Shown: positions 40,001 through 53,100 of the stretch, in pieces
Layout of the letters: the number at the start of each line of letters is the position of its first letter
Numbering within the stretch: position 1 is the first letter of the stretch
Assembly: GCA_002633005.1 (NCBI GenBank)
Contig: NMRA01000155.1
Location: 703,536-767,535 of the forward strand
Length of the DNA: 64,000 nucleotides
Direction of reading: 5' to 3'
DNA from: Phoronis australis
Lineage: Eukaryota > Animalia > Phoronida
The notes under the pieces: generated by a model
Told to the model about the DNA's origin: nothing
The model's input: the letters and a program-made list of their open reading frames with translations, nothing else
Database searches by the model: none
Program-made: the position numbers and the translations under genes

Positions 40001-43000
40001 GCATTGAAAACATCTGTTTTGACTGCGGAACATTTTGAAACCAATTTAACATCGGTAAAGTCTGTAAATAAGTATTTGCTTTTTGCCACGAAATGCTTTA
40101 TTTAATACGGTTTTTGTCGCATTGAACGTATTTTGGTGGCACTTAAAGATGACGAAACGGAAACACTGGTCTTGTTCAGCTGACTGTTAACGTTGACTCG
40201 TGGAATAAGAAACTGCGATGGTAGAAATGCTTTAGCTTTGCGGCGCCATTTACTGAAACGACTCTTGAAACTTTAATATTGCCGTGCAGCATTTCTCAAT
40301 GGCCTATACATAGTTAAATAATGTCACTCTGCTTTTTTACGTCCGTTCCTTTCAAGACCACTTTTAATTAAAAAAAATCAATTTTGCTAGTGTAGAAGAC
40401 TTTACATAAGTCCGTTCAGTTTCTCTTACATCCGGTGTACTTATATGTTTTAAGTCCACCTCCGTGCTGTAGTAACTCCACGTGCCGAAGTGCATGTAGC
40501 AGAATTGCTCGTCAAATGGGAAGAACTCGACGTCAATGGCGCAATAGCTCTTGAAAATGCCGGGAGGGTTCCAAGTGACGTTGCCGTCATGGTGAAGGAT
40601 GGCTTTAGTCATCAGTGTGATCACGTAATCCCCATCAGCGCTGGAACGTTCAATCAAATTATTCAATCTGGAATGAGTTGTTAATCAGTATACTACATGT
40701 ACATTCCCTGTGTGTGGATTTGATTTGATTGTTGTCTCCGACATGTACGTTAGGTCGAGCACTTTTAGGGTTTCAAGGAAGACATGGAACGAAATGCATA
40801 AACAGAATGTCATGGTTAACTTTCTTTCGACAACGCCTTTGTACAGTGTTCGGATATCTCTCAGTTTTAGTGTGACAAGGTTATCGGGACTTGTTTGCAT
40901 TTTAACTGTCGACTCGGGTCTCAACACACCCACTGCGTTTTCTGTTTATAATTTTGCTGTTTTTTCAATATTAAAAGTGTAAACAAACAACACAATTGGC
41001 CTATTCATGGAATACACCATTGACAGTCTAATGACCTCTATACCTGTATACACCACCTCAGTATTGTCTTACTTGTTGTATAACACTATATCTGGAAGCC
41101 ATATTTCATCCGCCGGCACATAAAGTGTTTCCACGCCGTTGTAATCTTCCTTGTTCCATTGCAGACGATAATCTGTCCACCTCTGTAAATTTAAATTTTG
41201 CGTCAGTGCTAATTAACATAGCTCGTGGACATGTCACCTTGATGATATCACCGTATGCGAACGCAAAGGCAACTACATTGTCTATAGATATAAAAATTGT
41301 CACACTTGAGTGGCGCTCACACTCAGATCGTTGGGACACTCGAGTGCCTGTGAATATCATTTGCGCGAATGAACACGAGCTACCTTCAATGGAATTTTTA
41401 TATTTTTATAGTATTTGACTATATTCACATAGTCTTAACAACAGCCACATACGGACATACAGGCGTTTCTCTTGTGTAAACCTAGAAACCACTTCTCAGT
41501 GAGTGAGGAACGAGTTGAGACAAATTTTATAGCGGCATGTGAACTCAATCAAAATTTCAATTTTATACGTAACGGAGATTTAATTATTAATAATAGACAC
41601 TTTAACTACGAAACGAGACCTCTTTATTTCGTGCCACCAGTGAGCGTTTGCACTAATCAACCCCTACGCGACCAAAGCCCTTTTACTACTAATGTGATAG
41701 ATTTGGGTCTTTGTGTCAGTCAAACATTGTCCCACTTGCTGAATACAGGCGCTTTTGTGTTTTTAAAGGATATCAAGTAATAAACCACGTATGGTGTATC
41801 GTTAAGAACAAATTCTGAAAGTTGAGTTTTTAAAGATAAATATATTTTGATGAAATAGTCTATTTCTCTCCAAAACTTGGGCACTCCACTTTATGCGGTT
41901 ATGTTACTAACATTATTTGTTCGTTTTCATTCGGATGAGGTCAGTTATCAGTTTCGCAAAAATACTATTAAAATGACTGATACAAATAGAACAGGTCACA
42001 AAAATGACGCTTTTTAAAGCGACTATTACCCACTTTCTGGTCACAAAAATATTTGCTTTAGACCTCCAGCCGTTATGGAATTGGTCTCAAACTGTTAGTT
42101 AAAATAGGTATGATTTCTGTGTATGGGATGAACAGACAGACCGTTCATTAATGCTTGAGACTAGGCTCTACAAGTCATTGACTTGTCACGGCGTGTCATT
42201 TTATTCGCCGACCGTGGTCCCAAGAAATATTTGTCAGTTTTGTGTACGATTAAAAATCACTTCTTAACTGGGAACATGATCCCATCAATTTTTATGGCGA
42301 AAGTGGTCTAAATCAAAATTAAGTTTCTTCGACGAAATGCAGAGGTCTGCGGTAGCAGCTTTTTGTTGGCAATGTCAGAGTCGTACCTAGGAAGAGCGTC
42401 ATTGTCGATATTGGACCGTAAAGGACCTCACGTGATTTTTTAATATTCTTTTCACACCAAATTAATAAACCAATGGCTCTAGGAAACTATGAATAGTAAC
42501 AAACACAAACGTTCGAAAGATTCAAATATGGAAACGTTTTTTTTCTCTGATGGTACATGTAATGCACATGTATATGGCTAGGCGTGTAAGTGACGTCACT
42601 CCGTCGCTTGAGGCTTCAGATGGCATTTATATTAGAACTCCTGGAGACGACCTAAGGATCGAATTGTCATAAAAATGCGAATCTGCACTACACTTGCGAT
42701 ATAGTCATTAGTTTCTCACGGATATTATTTTCAGCCGAGCGTAGCCTATGCGTCCGGCTTATCTTAGTTAATAAATCACATACCGAGATTCTTTATTTGA
42801 TCAGTGTCCGTGAAATTAGATAAAATTTTTCATCCGTTATTGTGAAAATGAAATTCGCTTCCATCATCAATTTCCTGGACCACTGGACCACGATCGAATA
42901 CAACCAACTCAGTTGATCCATTGTAAATTAATACACGGGAGATCCGTGAGGCGCACCCTGGTGGAGATTAACTGACACAATCGATATACTGATATAAGAC

Positions 43001-46000
43001 ACATGTACAGCTGTCATGATTAGACAGTTTCTCTAAAAACTACTTCAAGACTGAAACTGAAAACAGTCTACCAGCTAACGATTTTTTTTTACTAATTCTC
43101 GTTATTATGTATGTCAACTGTGTCGTCCAAGGTCTTAGATGTAAATTTGTTATCTACAAACGAGGACAATATAAATACACCGTCGTTTCCCTGATCGAAA
43201 CTCTGATTCCGCGGCTTTTGGAAAATGCATAAAACTGTGTGTCCTTTTTTCTTGTTGTTCAAATTCCGCATTGACAAGATTTGAGGACAAAAAACTCACG
43301 ACAAAAAATGGAGATGCCGCTGTAATTAAGAGCACGCTTAACAGTTCGTTGGTTAACATTAATCGCTGTTTAAGGCAACCGAACTACGATAACTTCAAAT
43401 AACTCATCCCTGCGGTTCGTTTTTCATTTCCCTGTAGACTTCATCCTATTTATCACTGCTTCACAATGCGCTGGTAATTTTGTTCCTTGGGTAAATTCGA
43501 TTACCGTGGCAGTTTCTCTCATCGAAGTAAAACTGCAGTTAACTTAGTAAAAGGAATCTCAGTAATTAGCCTCTTCTAAACGTCTATGTGAACTGAATAA
43601 TTAATTGTTGGAAAAACGGTAAAGCTTAAAAGGACACAGTCGGTTTCATGATCTAAAAACGGATTTCGAGGGTCATGTCTGGAAAGAATTGACCTCTTGA
43701 AGTTATTAGCTTTGACCAGGACTGTAAAATAGCAAAATTTGTCGTGTTTTTGATATTTAGTAATAAATAGCCGATTTCTCACGAAAGCTTCCATTCAAAG
43801 TAACTGAAATCGAGGCAGCGATCTCATCGTCAGCTACTTTGTTGTTGCATGGGCGCCATCAAAATGGCCGACGCAGGCTGTGTACAGTGGTGGGTTATTA
43901 GAGTCTCCGTGAAAATGGCCGGCGCAGGCTGTGTTCAGTGCTGATTGGAGTCTTCGTGAACTTAAAAGCTAAAAACGAACCACCCGAGTGAATGTAGAAA
44001 AGGACATAAACGAAGAGACTAAGTCCATTGGGAGAGTATCCTCTCTATAGTAAACATTTGGGAAAGAAATCGAGCTCTGGGCAGTCCTGCGAGATGAATG
44101 CACTGAACATTTCTAGAAATGCCTACGTGTAGCTTTCTTGGTTAGACAAACTGACGGGTCTGCATTCTTCCCCGTATTCCATAAAGAGTTTGTGATCGTT
44201 CTTACTGTTGATTGATTTTAGACGTAAATCTAAAATTGTTTTTGGAAAGATAAGTGTAATATTTCCCCGTCTTTGACTAAATAACTGATTGAATCACTCG
44301 CTGAGTGTGAAGAAATTGGAATGACCTCTGCCAATCGGCATAATTATACAAAGCTACTCGATTTCCTAAGTGCCCACATTCGCTTTGAAAACGTGGTAAT
44401 TATAACTGCCGACCTATCCATTTGTGAGGTAATTTTTACCGGAGTATTGGCCGTATTGTTGGACATCTTGTCATAGCTCTAAACTTGCAGACCGAGCAAA
44501 GCGAGCTTGCGAGTAAGCCGGTACCTGAACGTCACTTGATTCAAAAAAACAGAGGACTTTGTAACTGGCCTCGCAGACACATTTGCGTATAAAGGGGAAA
44601 GAAAACACATGCACGCAAGAAAATTCATCTGATGGAAAACTCACAAACTACTGTTAAATAGTTGCCGCCGATTTTACTTAAAAGTAACTTTAACAATCAC
44701 AACTTTCATGTAAGGTATTCAATACACCGCTGTCCACACCCCCTAGTGGACCACTGGGATACCACAAAGGGACCATGTGGAGAGCCAAGTACATGTATGT
44801 CCAAAAGACAAATTAAATTTAACGTTCGTGATAGCCCTAGCAATGGGTATGTTGCTGTCGTTCGTGATGTCACATAGAAATACACAGTGCTTCAAAAATA
44901 CAAACGTCATGCTTGTGAAACGTCACTATAATACTTCATTTGGAAACACGTGAGCTCCATAGCTCAAATATCGGATCATGGTATGGTAGAAATACAGGGG
45001 TCTCTTTCTCATAGATTCGAATACCTTTTAATCTTTTCACTTTAGCCTAAAATCAAACATCTGACTACAAATAGATAAAAGTTTATTTCAGTTTTGTCAT
45101 TTGTGTTTCTTGACAGGCATTTCGTCTTCTGTCTATTCGAATAGACTACGGATTTTTGTTTTTTGACTTCGAGTTGTAGACATATTTTCTAACTTTCAGC
45201 CTTTAAATAGCCTGATTTTTGGAAAACCGTAAACTAATTTTTGGCGAAAAAGCTTTATCTGTCAATTAGGAGCAGTCGTTCACTTGAAAACGAAGTCTTC
45301 ACAGTACAGTCTTTTAATGAAGATTACTATTCAGTGACATTTTATGCAGATTATTATATTGGGTTTAGTGATGTCCCATTTTGTACCTGTAGTTATTATT
45401 CATTTGGATATGTATGTATCATACAGTTTGTATTTAGTATCTGTCATTTTTCTATGATTTATTTTACAGCAGTTGCTTTATTATTCATCAGTCATTACTT
45501 ATTTTCTGTACAATGCGGGAAGGGGGTAGTAGTTTTCATTATTTCAAGTGTCAGTCACCCACATCATAGCTATGACCTGGATTACACGCACGGTCTTAGA
45601 GATCCCCACCTGCGTAATGAACGCCAAAGGCAGGACCACATGGGAAGACGGCAGGTAAACGCTGGCGGAACAGTCTATTTATATCACTTTCAAGTTTGCC
45701 TGGGCCCGGTCTCCAATCTTTTTACTCGAAATGGAAACTCGAAATTAGGTTTGGCATTTTCTACGCTACTTTTGGGCGAACTCAAGATAAGTGTCTATTA
45801 ATCTATGCTCGACTACACAATAACTTACGTAAATAATTTATTGCCCTTAGTTCACAGTTTGTAAACCCAATATTTGAGCAATAAGTTCGAGTTTGAACTC
45901 GAAAGTTCGAGTTTTTACTCGAGTTTGTATCACGAATATAAGGGTCTCCAAGGGAAAACTTGAACTAGAAACTCCTATGCATAAACTATAATGTATTCGA

Positions 46001-49000
46001 GCACAGGCTGATAACCAATTATCTTAAGTTCGCACAAAAGGAGCAGAGAAATTGCCAAAAATAGTTTCGAGTTCGTTTCGAGTACAAAGATTAGAGACCG
46101 GGCCCAGTTTGGCAAACAAAGTCAAGTCTCCACTTCCGTATATTCACGTCATCACAGTTGTACTTCGAGACAAGGGTCTCCACCATGACCTAATACTTTT
46201 AATTTCATTTTGTTTGAGACAATGACTATGATAGTCTTAATGCTTCGGACATAGATTTGGACCAGTGTATGCAGGAGTTTGCGTATTTCACTTAATGCGA
46301 CATTATCCGCGAAAACATAACCAGTGCGGATTCAAATCAAGAGCCTTCTAGCAGTCGCAACCAACGTTTTTATGATGGAGCTAAATCACCGGCTCGATAA
46401 ACGGTAGATTATTTTTAAGTCTTTTCACCTGGCAAACTCACCGGCCTCGATTTTAGCGAATGTCTGGCAAACGACAATTGGTGACTTGTAATGAAATCAC
46501 AGCAACATAACGTATTTTATTGTTTTATGTCTTTTAGTCAAGGCTTCAAGAAGTCTATCACACCCAACTAAACACAAAAATACGTTTTTCAGCCGTAAAA
46601 CCGATGACGTTCTTTAAGCTGCCATCTTTTCATCCACAGCCAGTCTATTATTATAAATTCTTTCCAAAAAATTTGTATTCAGCAAAACACAACGTGTGCA
46701 ATATACTTACGTGTTCCAGCCAGACGTTCGTAGTCATTATTTGATTCTTCTCGTCCTGCAGATGGAGTCACACATTATAAGGACAACAAATAGTAATTTC
46801 ACGTGGTCATTAAGCAAACTAATGTGTTCAACATCTGAAATAAACAGACTTGTTTACAGCAAATAACACAGCATTAATTACAGCTGCACAACAGACATTT
46901 CACCCGTTTCTCACGTGGTCGCACCCAGACACAAAACCCGGGAAATGAGATGCACCGAAGACAGGCAAGTGCCCGGGGTTCCAATCTTTTTATTCCAATC
47001 GAATTCGAAAATGTTTTTGATGTTCTCCGCTCTAGATCAATACATGGTCAAGATAATTGCCTATAATTCTGTGCTCGAGTATATCATGGTTTACATGGAT
47101 CATGTTGGAATGACTATTTTGTGCTTGGCGACCCAGTGCTTGAGTATGAACTCGAAATCTCGAGTTTCTTCTACTCAAAATCTCGAGTTTCTACTCTGTA
47201 GCTCGTTTTAGGGGTCATCGAGTGCATATTAGGATTAAGCGTTGATATTAGTAAATATTAATGTATTCGAGCACAAAACGATGGACAATTATCTGGATCT
47301 TGCGATAAAATAAAACACTGAGAAAACTGAGAAAATGTCAAAAATATTTTCGAGCTCTACTTCGAGTATGTGAACCCACTGCAGGCGTGCGCAGAGACGT
47401 CGCAAGATATTACCGTGTATTGCAACGAAGCACGCGATGCAACATTAATTTCCTTCGCGAGATTCCTACGTCTATCGAACTCGCGAATTCCATCCCTCAC
47501 CGATCAATCATCATTGAAGTAAAGCCGCCATTTTATTTCGGTAGGATATCATGCATACCAGAGAAACTCTCGCCTTTCACTCGTGTGATTTTTCGTGAAC
47601 TTGCCGGTATCTTGATTTTGGCGATTTTTTCGCGTCTACGGGACGCAAATTTGCCAGTCGGAAAAATAGACTTGGAGAATGAATGAGTGAATCGGCTAAG
47701 TGTCCTTCTTTGTCCGGTAAACATTTTTAATCAGTTTCACACACGACTGAGTCGGCAGTGTTCTATTATGAAACCATCCTCAACACTACTCTGTCACATA
47801 CTCTAAATCTGACGATCATGCATGCCCAGATCGCGGGCCGGAGTCAGGCGTACTTGTGTTTTTGCCGCGGTGGACGAACTGTGAAGTTTCGAGTATTTCT
47901 CACTGTTACTAGAAAATTATGACTGGATCACAAACGTTGTCAATATGAAATTTCATCATTCCATATATAACGTTAGCCTCAGGTGGGTACGATAATCTGC
48001 CTAAATCTTGTATTAATTTTTGATATTGATTTAAATAATGTGCCCGCCTCGAGCTTGACTAATGACTTTATCAACTATTACGCATGAATAGCTGTCACAA
48101 AATCGCTTATGTCGTAATTAATTTCGGATGTCAGTGCACCTATATTGTTCCTTACAATTCATGTCACGCGTGGATCTTTTGAATAGCGTTTGTCAGTGGA
48201 GTTCCGAATCCGGCGACGTTTCGGCAGTACCGTTAGCTTTACCGTCCGCCATCATGGATTCCGATGTATTTATACTTAACATAAACATATGTTGTTTATT
48301 TATAGGTGATTAGAGTTCACCTGTTCCATCCAGTCTTTTTCATAATGTATATCTGTATAGTATTTCCAGCAGCTAACGTATTATCAATTATATGCCTATG
48401 GCACTTTGTAACAACTTCTCTCCAAGCAGAGGTAGTCGAAAACGGATTGTCTACAAACTATAGGTAGCCGTCAAAATACGTTTGTCACAACGTTAAAGCT
48501 GCGTTCGCCCTGTTTAGGTGGCTAAAACGAAAAACGAATACCTTTTACTCTCATAAAATTGGTCTGGAAGTATTCCTTCCTGGGATTGTATTTGCGTTTC
48601 CAAGAAGAGCATCGACACCATCTGAGACTTAAGAAAAATTTACTGGGGTTGCCTAACTTTAAAATTGCTAATTCGAAAATGGCGCCTTGCCTGTAACTTG
48701 AGTTGCCGGCATGTTAGACATCCTAAAGACCAGATGAACGTGATTAATGTTGTAAAGCCCCAAAGGGATTTGATTGAGCATTCGCAATATTCACAGCTAA
48801 ACAGGGCGAAATGTAATTTTAATTTATTTGCGGTTTTGGCAAGGCATTATCAAGAGATACCAACCCTTCAGTTGCATTGATTGTAAGAAGGGCGAATGTA
48901 AAATGTAAAATCAACTCAACACACTGCTGACTTTGGTTTTAACAAGACAGGTTCAGCTCCTTTTTAGTAACTCCGTTAAATGTTAGTAGTTCAAAAGGAC

Positions 49001-49866
49001 TAATAAAATTCCTTAAAATGCCTTGTTCAGTAACATCGACATTCCTCCAGATTGGAGCGTTCAAATATTCCGTAATTACTAAGAAGGAGTGTTCATGGAT
49101 TGAATATTAAAAAGAGTCTCTTATCAGTACAAATAGGCAGGGGGTTACATTCATCGCACACAAGTGTCGGTAACTTGAGCAATTCATTCCTATAGACAGA
49201 GAGAGAACGGAAGATCTGTATCGATCAATAACGCATTGTGCATGCCTGTCTTTACGAACATCATGTTTATTTTCAAAGCCACGTGCATTTTGCGAAACAA
49301 GACATTTGTATCTACTTATTTCTTTGAAAACGGTATAGTATAGAGTATTTGAGATGTCCGCTGCAAAACTGCAGATGAAAGCAATAGGTTTTTCTGGAAC
49401 GTTTCACAACTACTAAATAAAACATACATATATTTATCAATTAGTGTCCCAAATGCGTGGAAATTCCAATAAAGCGAAACACGTCATCAAAAGAGAACAC
49501 TGTAAGCTATTTGATGCCTGTCACACAAGGTGGAGGTAACGCCGCCAGATTTAGTGGGATCAGGGCCGGCTTTAGGCTCACTTTACTGAATTTAGGGTAA
49601 CTAAATTTGCAGCGGTAGGCCTGCTCTATAAGGTAACTTAGTATTTCCGTTTGTGTTCTACTCACGATATCAATGAGCTGCGTCAACCGTAAGCCGAGCA
49701 AGACCAGCACAGCACCGTTATCAGGTGCCGGTCGAACATTCCTATTATAATTGTTCTGTTTCAGGAGGGTGTCGTACAGTCTTTTGGCGTCCGGATTGCA
49801 AACGACGCACTCCAAAGTGGCGAGCAGAGCCAGCAACGTTCCAATAAGAGCCTCGTGATACCTCAT
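37030..49866 (-). CDS. Nicotinic acetylcholine receptor subunit, alpha-like sequence but formally non-alpha (no vicinal Cys); 6 exons, ~507 aa
   Basis: Exons 49866-49666, 46755-46711, 41182-41073, 40640-40430 (alternative donor 40406), 39347-38580, 37218-37030, all in phase. Signal peptide then NPDAKRLY; [14 protein letters not shown]; Cys-loop [15 protein letters not shown]; RRKTLF; GEK before TM2; [12 protein letters not shown] before TM4. Confidence 0.95.
37500..38208. mobile_element. MITE-like element with imperfect TIRs in the last nAChR intron
   Basis: ttaagggcgtagacgtccgac..gatttat versus ataaagtc..gtctgacgtctgcgtgttcttga. Confidence 0.5.
45700..46107. mobile_element. Palindromic Harbinger-like MITE
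   Basis: ctgggcccggtctccaatcttt..actcgaaa versus tttcgagtacaaagattagagaccgggcccag, with further internal inverted matches and CWG flanks. Confidence 0.8.
46969..47380. mobile_element. Diverged relative of the 45700 MITE
   Basis: gcccggggttccaatcttttt start, gtgctcgagta, many ctcgag/ttcgag motifs, and aatgtattcgagcaca shared with ~45990. Confidence 0.6.
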
Positions 49867-50192
49867 GTCTTCCTATCCAACATGCTACGTACAAGTCACA
49901 AAAAATACCGACGTGTCTCCGTTTATGGCATTGATGTCAGATTTTCAGTCTATTTAATGTCCGCCAGGGTGCACCACTGTGTTGCGTTCCAGCGCCGAGA
50001 ACGGTTACCCTGGTGCGATGGTCGGCAGAGCGCGTGGATGGTTTCGCTCTTACATGAGTGTATATGAGTAGTCTTTCGTTGTCATAGTGACAGAAAAAAT
50101 CAATTCCAAAAATGAAATCTATATAAACAGGAAAGTCGCTGGATCGTGAGCGATGGGACCACATCCGTACGTGTGCTTGTCAGTGACGGAAA
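49867..50192. promoter_or_regulatory. Compact bidirectional promoter between the nAChR and LamG-PAN genes
   Basis: 326 bp between the two ATGs. TCTATATAAA at 50118-50127 reads TATATAAA on + and TATATAGA on -. Confidence 0.55.
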
Positions 50193-53100
50193 ATGACGCT
50201 TTTTACATTGGGATGGATTTTTAACGTGGTCTTAAGTGTGGTATTAATTTTGTCTTGTATTCCATATTGGTGCAAAGGTAAGCCTAAATAATTTGTCGCA
50301 GTCGACAGGCGAACCCCGACGTGCATTACGCAGTTTTCATTGGCGTCTGTGAAAACGGAAACCGCTTTTCAAGTCCTTTCCGGGCGTAACCGTGAACCCA
50401 ACATAGAGAGTAAGAATAGGCCTAGGACCAGTAAAATAACCGGTAGCGTAGAGCTGCCTCGAGTAGCTATAGCTGAGATCTAATAGTGTGAAAATACGAA
50501 ATTCCCGATGAACCAAACCTAGTTGCTGGTCAGCTTAGCTATGATTTACTTTAGACAGGCAAGTTGTGCCGGCCGTCTGCGCTGGCTCTAATGTCAAGAT
50601 TCGTTTTGTTGTGATCTAGTATCGGGAAACCTTTATTTTATGATGGTCATTCTTTGAAGGAGTTTTTTAAAAGGGTAAGGTACCTAGGTCCGTGGTATAG
50701 TGCTTTTGGGGCTGTTTCAAAATCTATCGTTGAAACACGACCGGCAGTCCAGTTTCTGGTGGTTAGGGAAAATGATACAGAGTGTTTCCCAAAACTGTAC
50801 ACACTTCAACGCCTGCAGTTCAATTCCCGTGGATCCCTGCGATTCTGCGCAGGCCTACTGCATGGTTATATCTTTTTTTAACGTAGGTGCGTCAGTAATG
50901 ACGTGCACGGGAATCAGGCAAGCAAACAATTCAGGTTTGAAGAACAAAAATCCATTGTTAAATATAACGAGAAAATAAAAACACCAAGGAAGTACAAAGA
51001 CAAGCTATCCAAGCAATGTAATGAGTTTAATTTTATTTATTTAAGGACTTTTAAAACTTTTTTCGATCTACGGTTTGTGAGTCTGAATTTCATCAATGTC
51101 TTTAAGGGATATTTAAGCCGGATAGGCAAAAATCTTCTAAGTGTACTTTACTATTTGGGGAACGGATTACAGAGTTTTTCCAACTTCAGGCTGTAATTAA
51201 TCACTGAAATATCATCATTTCTCAGAAGATTAGCTTCTAATATTGCCAAAATCATCCATGAATCTATCAATTTTAGGAGATATATAAACAAGTAAAATAG
51301 AAACCAACGAATTTGTTTATCAAATGAAAATAAATGTTATAAGCAATTTCTGCAGGCATGCTCGCAGATTTTTGACGGGTAACCGGGGGAACATGGAAGA
51401 TAGAGCATTCGAGTTAAGGTATTTTTGCTCGTTTCAGAAGTACAATCCTATAACGGTTCACGAGGTAAATTTGAACTCCACTGGCAAAAACGCTGAAATC
51501 ATTGTTTATGATTGCAAGTGTTTTTTGAGTACCCCCATTTCGACATGTACGCGGTCATCAGAAATAGTAGCATAGACACCAGTTTTTCCCACATGTGGAA
51601 ATTCCTTACAAACAAATCAGAGTAAGCATGCACGCACCCACGGGGACTCGGTGAGGGGGGCTCTGACGAGCCCCTCCCCCCATTTGGCGAAGTGGACAAA
51701 AAAGACCGCCTCACAGAAACATGAAGTCCGAGAAAAACGAGACAAAAGTCCACTAAAAAGGCAAAAAGGCAGGAATTCGGCGGGAATGCTCAATTCATAG
51801 CTCTGATCGTAGTACTCCATTTTTTAGTTCCGATTTTTATTAGAAAAGGTTCACATTCTCAAAAATTCGAGCCCCCCCCCCTATATTTTAGGCTCGAAGC
51901 GCGCATGGTAACCATCTTCAAAAGAGATACAATTCTTGTGACCTATGGGAAACAGTAACATTTTTTAACTAACCATCGGAAATAGTCCTTTTGTGTAATT
52001 CACAAATAGTGGTCTTCACGCTCCTCAAAAGTCCACCCTTTCGATGGCGGTCAATCCAATTGTATTTTGTTCACACTTTTTGGTTGTTTGAGTCGAATGT
52101 CTTGACATCGATGTGCTGGGCACGAATTTTTTGTATTTTTTTGATGAATTTGGAATTTCAAATTCCGTTGTGAATACTTGGCAGTGTCGGATTTACATGC
52201 ATAGAGGGACAAAGAGACATTTCCCCCGAACTGCTTCACCGAGAGAGAGGGTCCCGTCTGAAATGGGACACCCTAAAAGATTAAAGGCTAAACATCATTA
52301 AGCTTGGAAAACGAGTGACAGCTCATTCCACCGTCGTGTTGTCACAAAACGATGCAGGAAGTGACCTTCAACATGAAAGCCGGTTTCACGATTTCACAAA
52401 AAGCAACAAAATGGAGGTAATCTATTCCAACATTAGGCCCTCTCGCCGTGTGCGGCCCCTTTAGAATTTATCAATAAAAACACAAAAGGGTAGCCACTTG
52501 AATATCATCAATGCCCTTCTCCAAGGGCCCCTAAATATGAAAATATCTATATTTTTTCGAAAATCAGGAAATGCGCAGCAATTGATGTTATCTGTCATGT
52601 TATCAATCTTTCTCAAGTGATATAGTTTCGACAAAAATAAAGCGAATGTTGTCTCCGCTAACCCTTGCCAGAGAGGGCCTCTGACTTATTGAATTTAATA
52701 ATCCAACAAATAAGTACGCTCCGCAAAAGCTTCGCTTTATAAATTTTCACGATTTTTCGAAATATGTGTACTAGTATGAATGATTACGTCACATTTTCAA
52801 GTGCGTTTAGACGAACTGTGCTGCAAAAGTGGAGACCTTAACAATGCTCTACCAGGGCCCTCACAAGGCAAACCATGCACTGTTGTTAAATTTTGTCTTA
52901 GAATTTTCTCTCTTATCCGTATTTCGCAGACCTTTCTTTTCTTTATTGTCCCCGGCCCCATGCCTATGTCGGTTGCCACGGTTTAAGCCTGACGCCTGAA
53001 AATTTTTCGGGGGGGGGGGCGACCCGTGGAACCATCCCCCCCCCCCTGCTTCCTACGGCCCTGTTATTCTTTTATTTACACAAAATTACAACAAATAGGC

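Noticed and set aside
45241-45801. 186-aa + strand ORF inside the nAChR intron
   Set aside because: TTG start, AT-rich F/Y/I/S-biased composition, and it runs into a MITE; no domain recognised.
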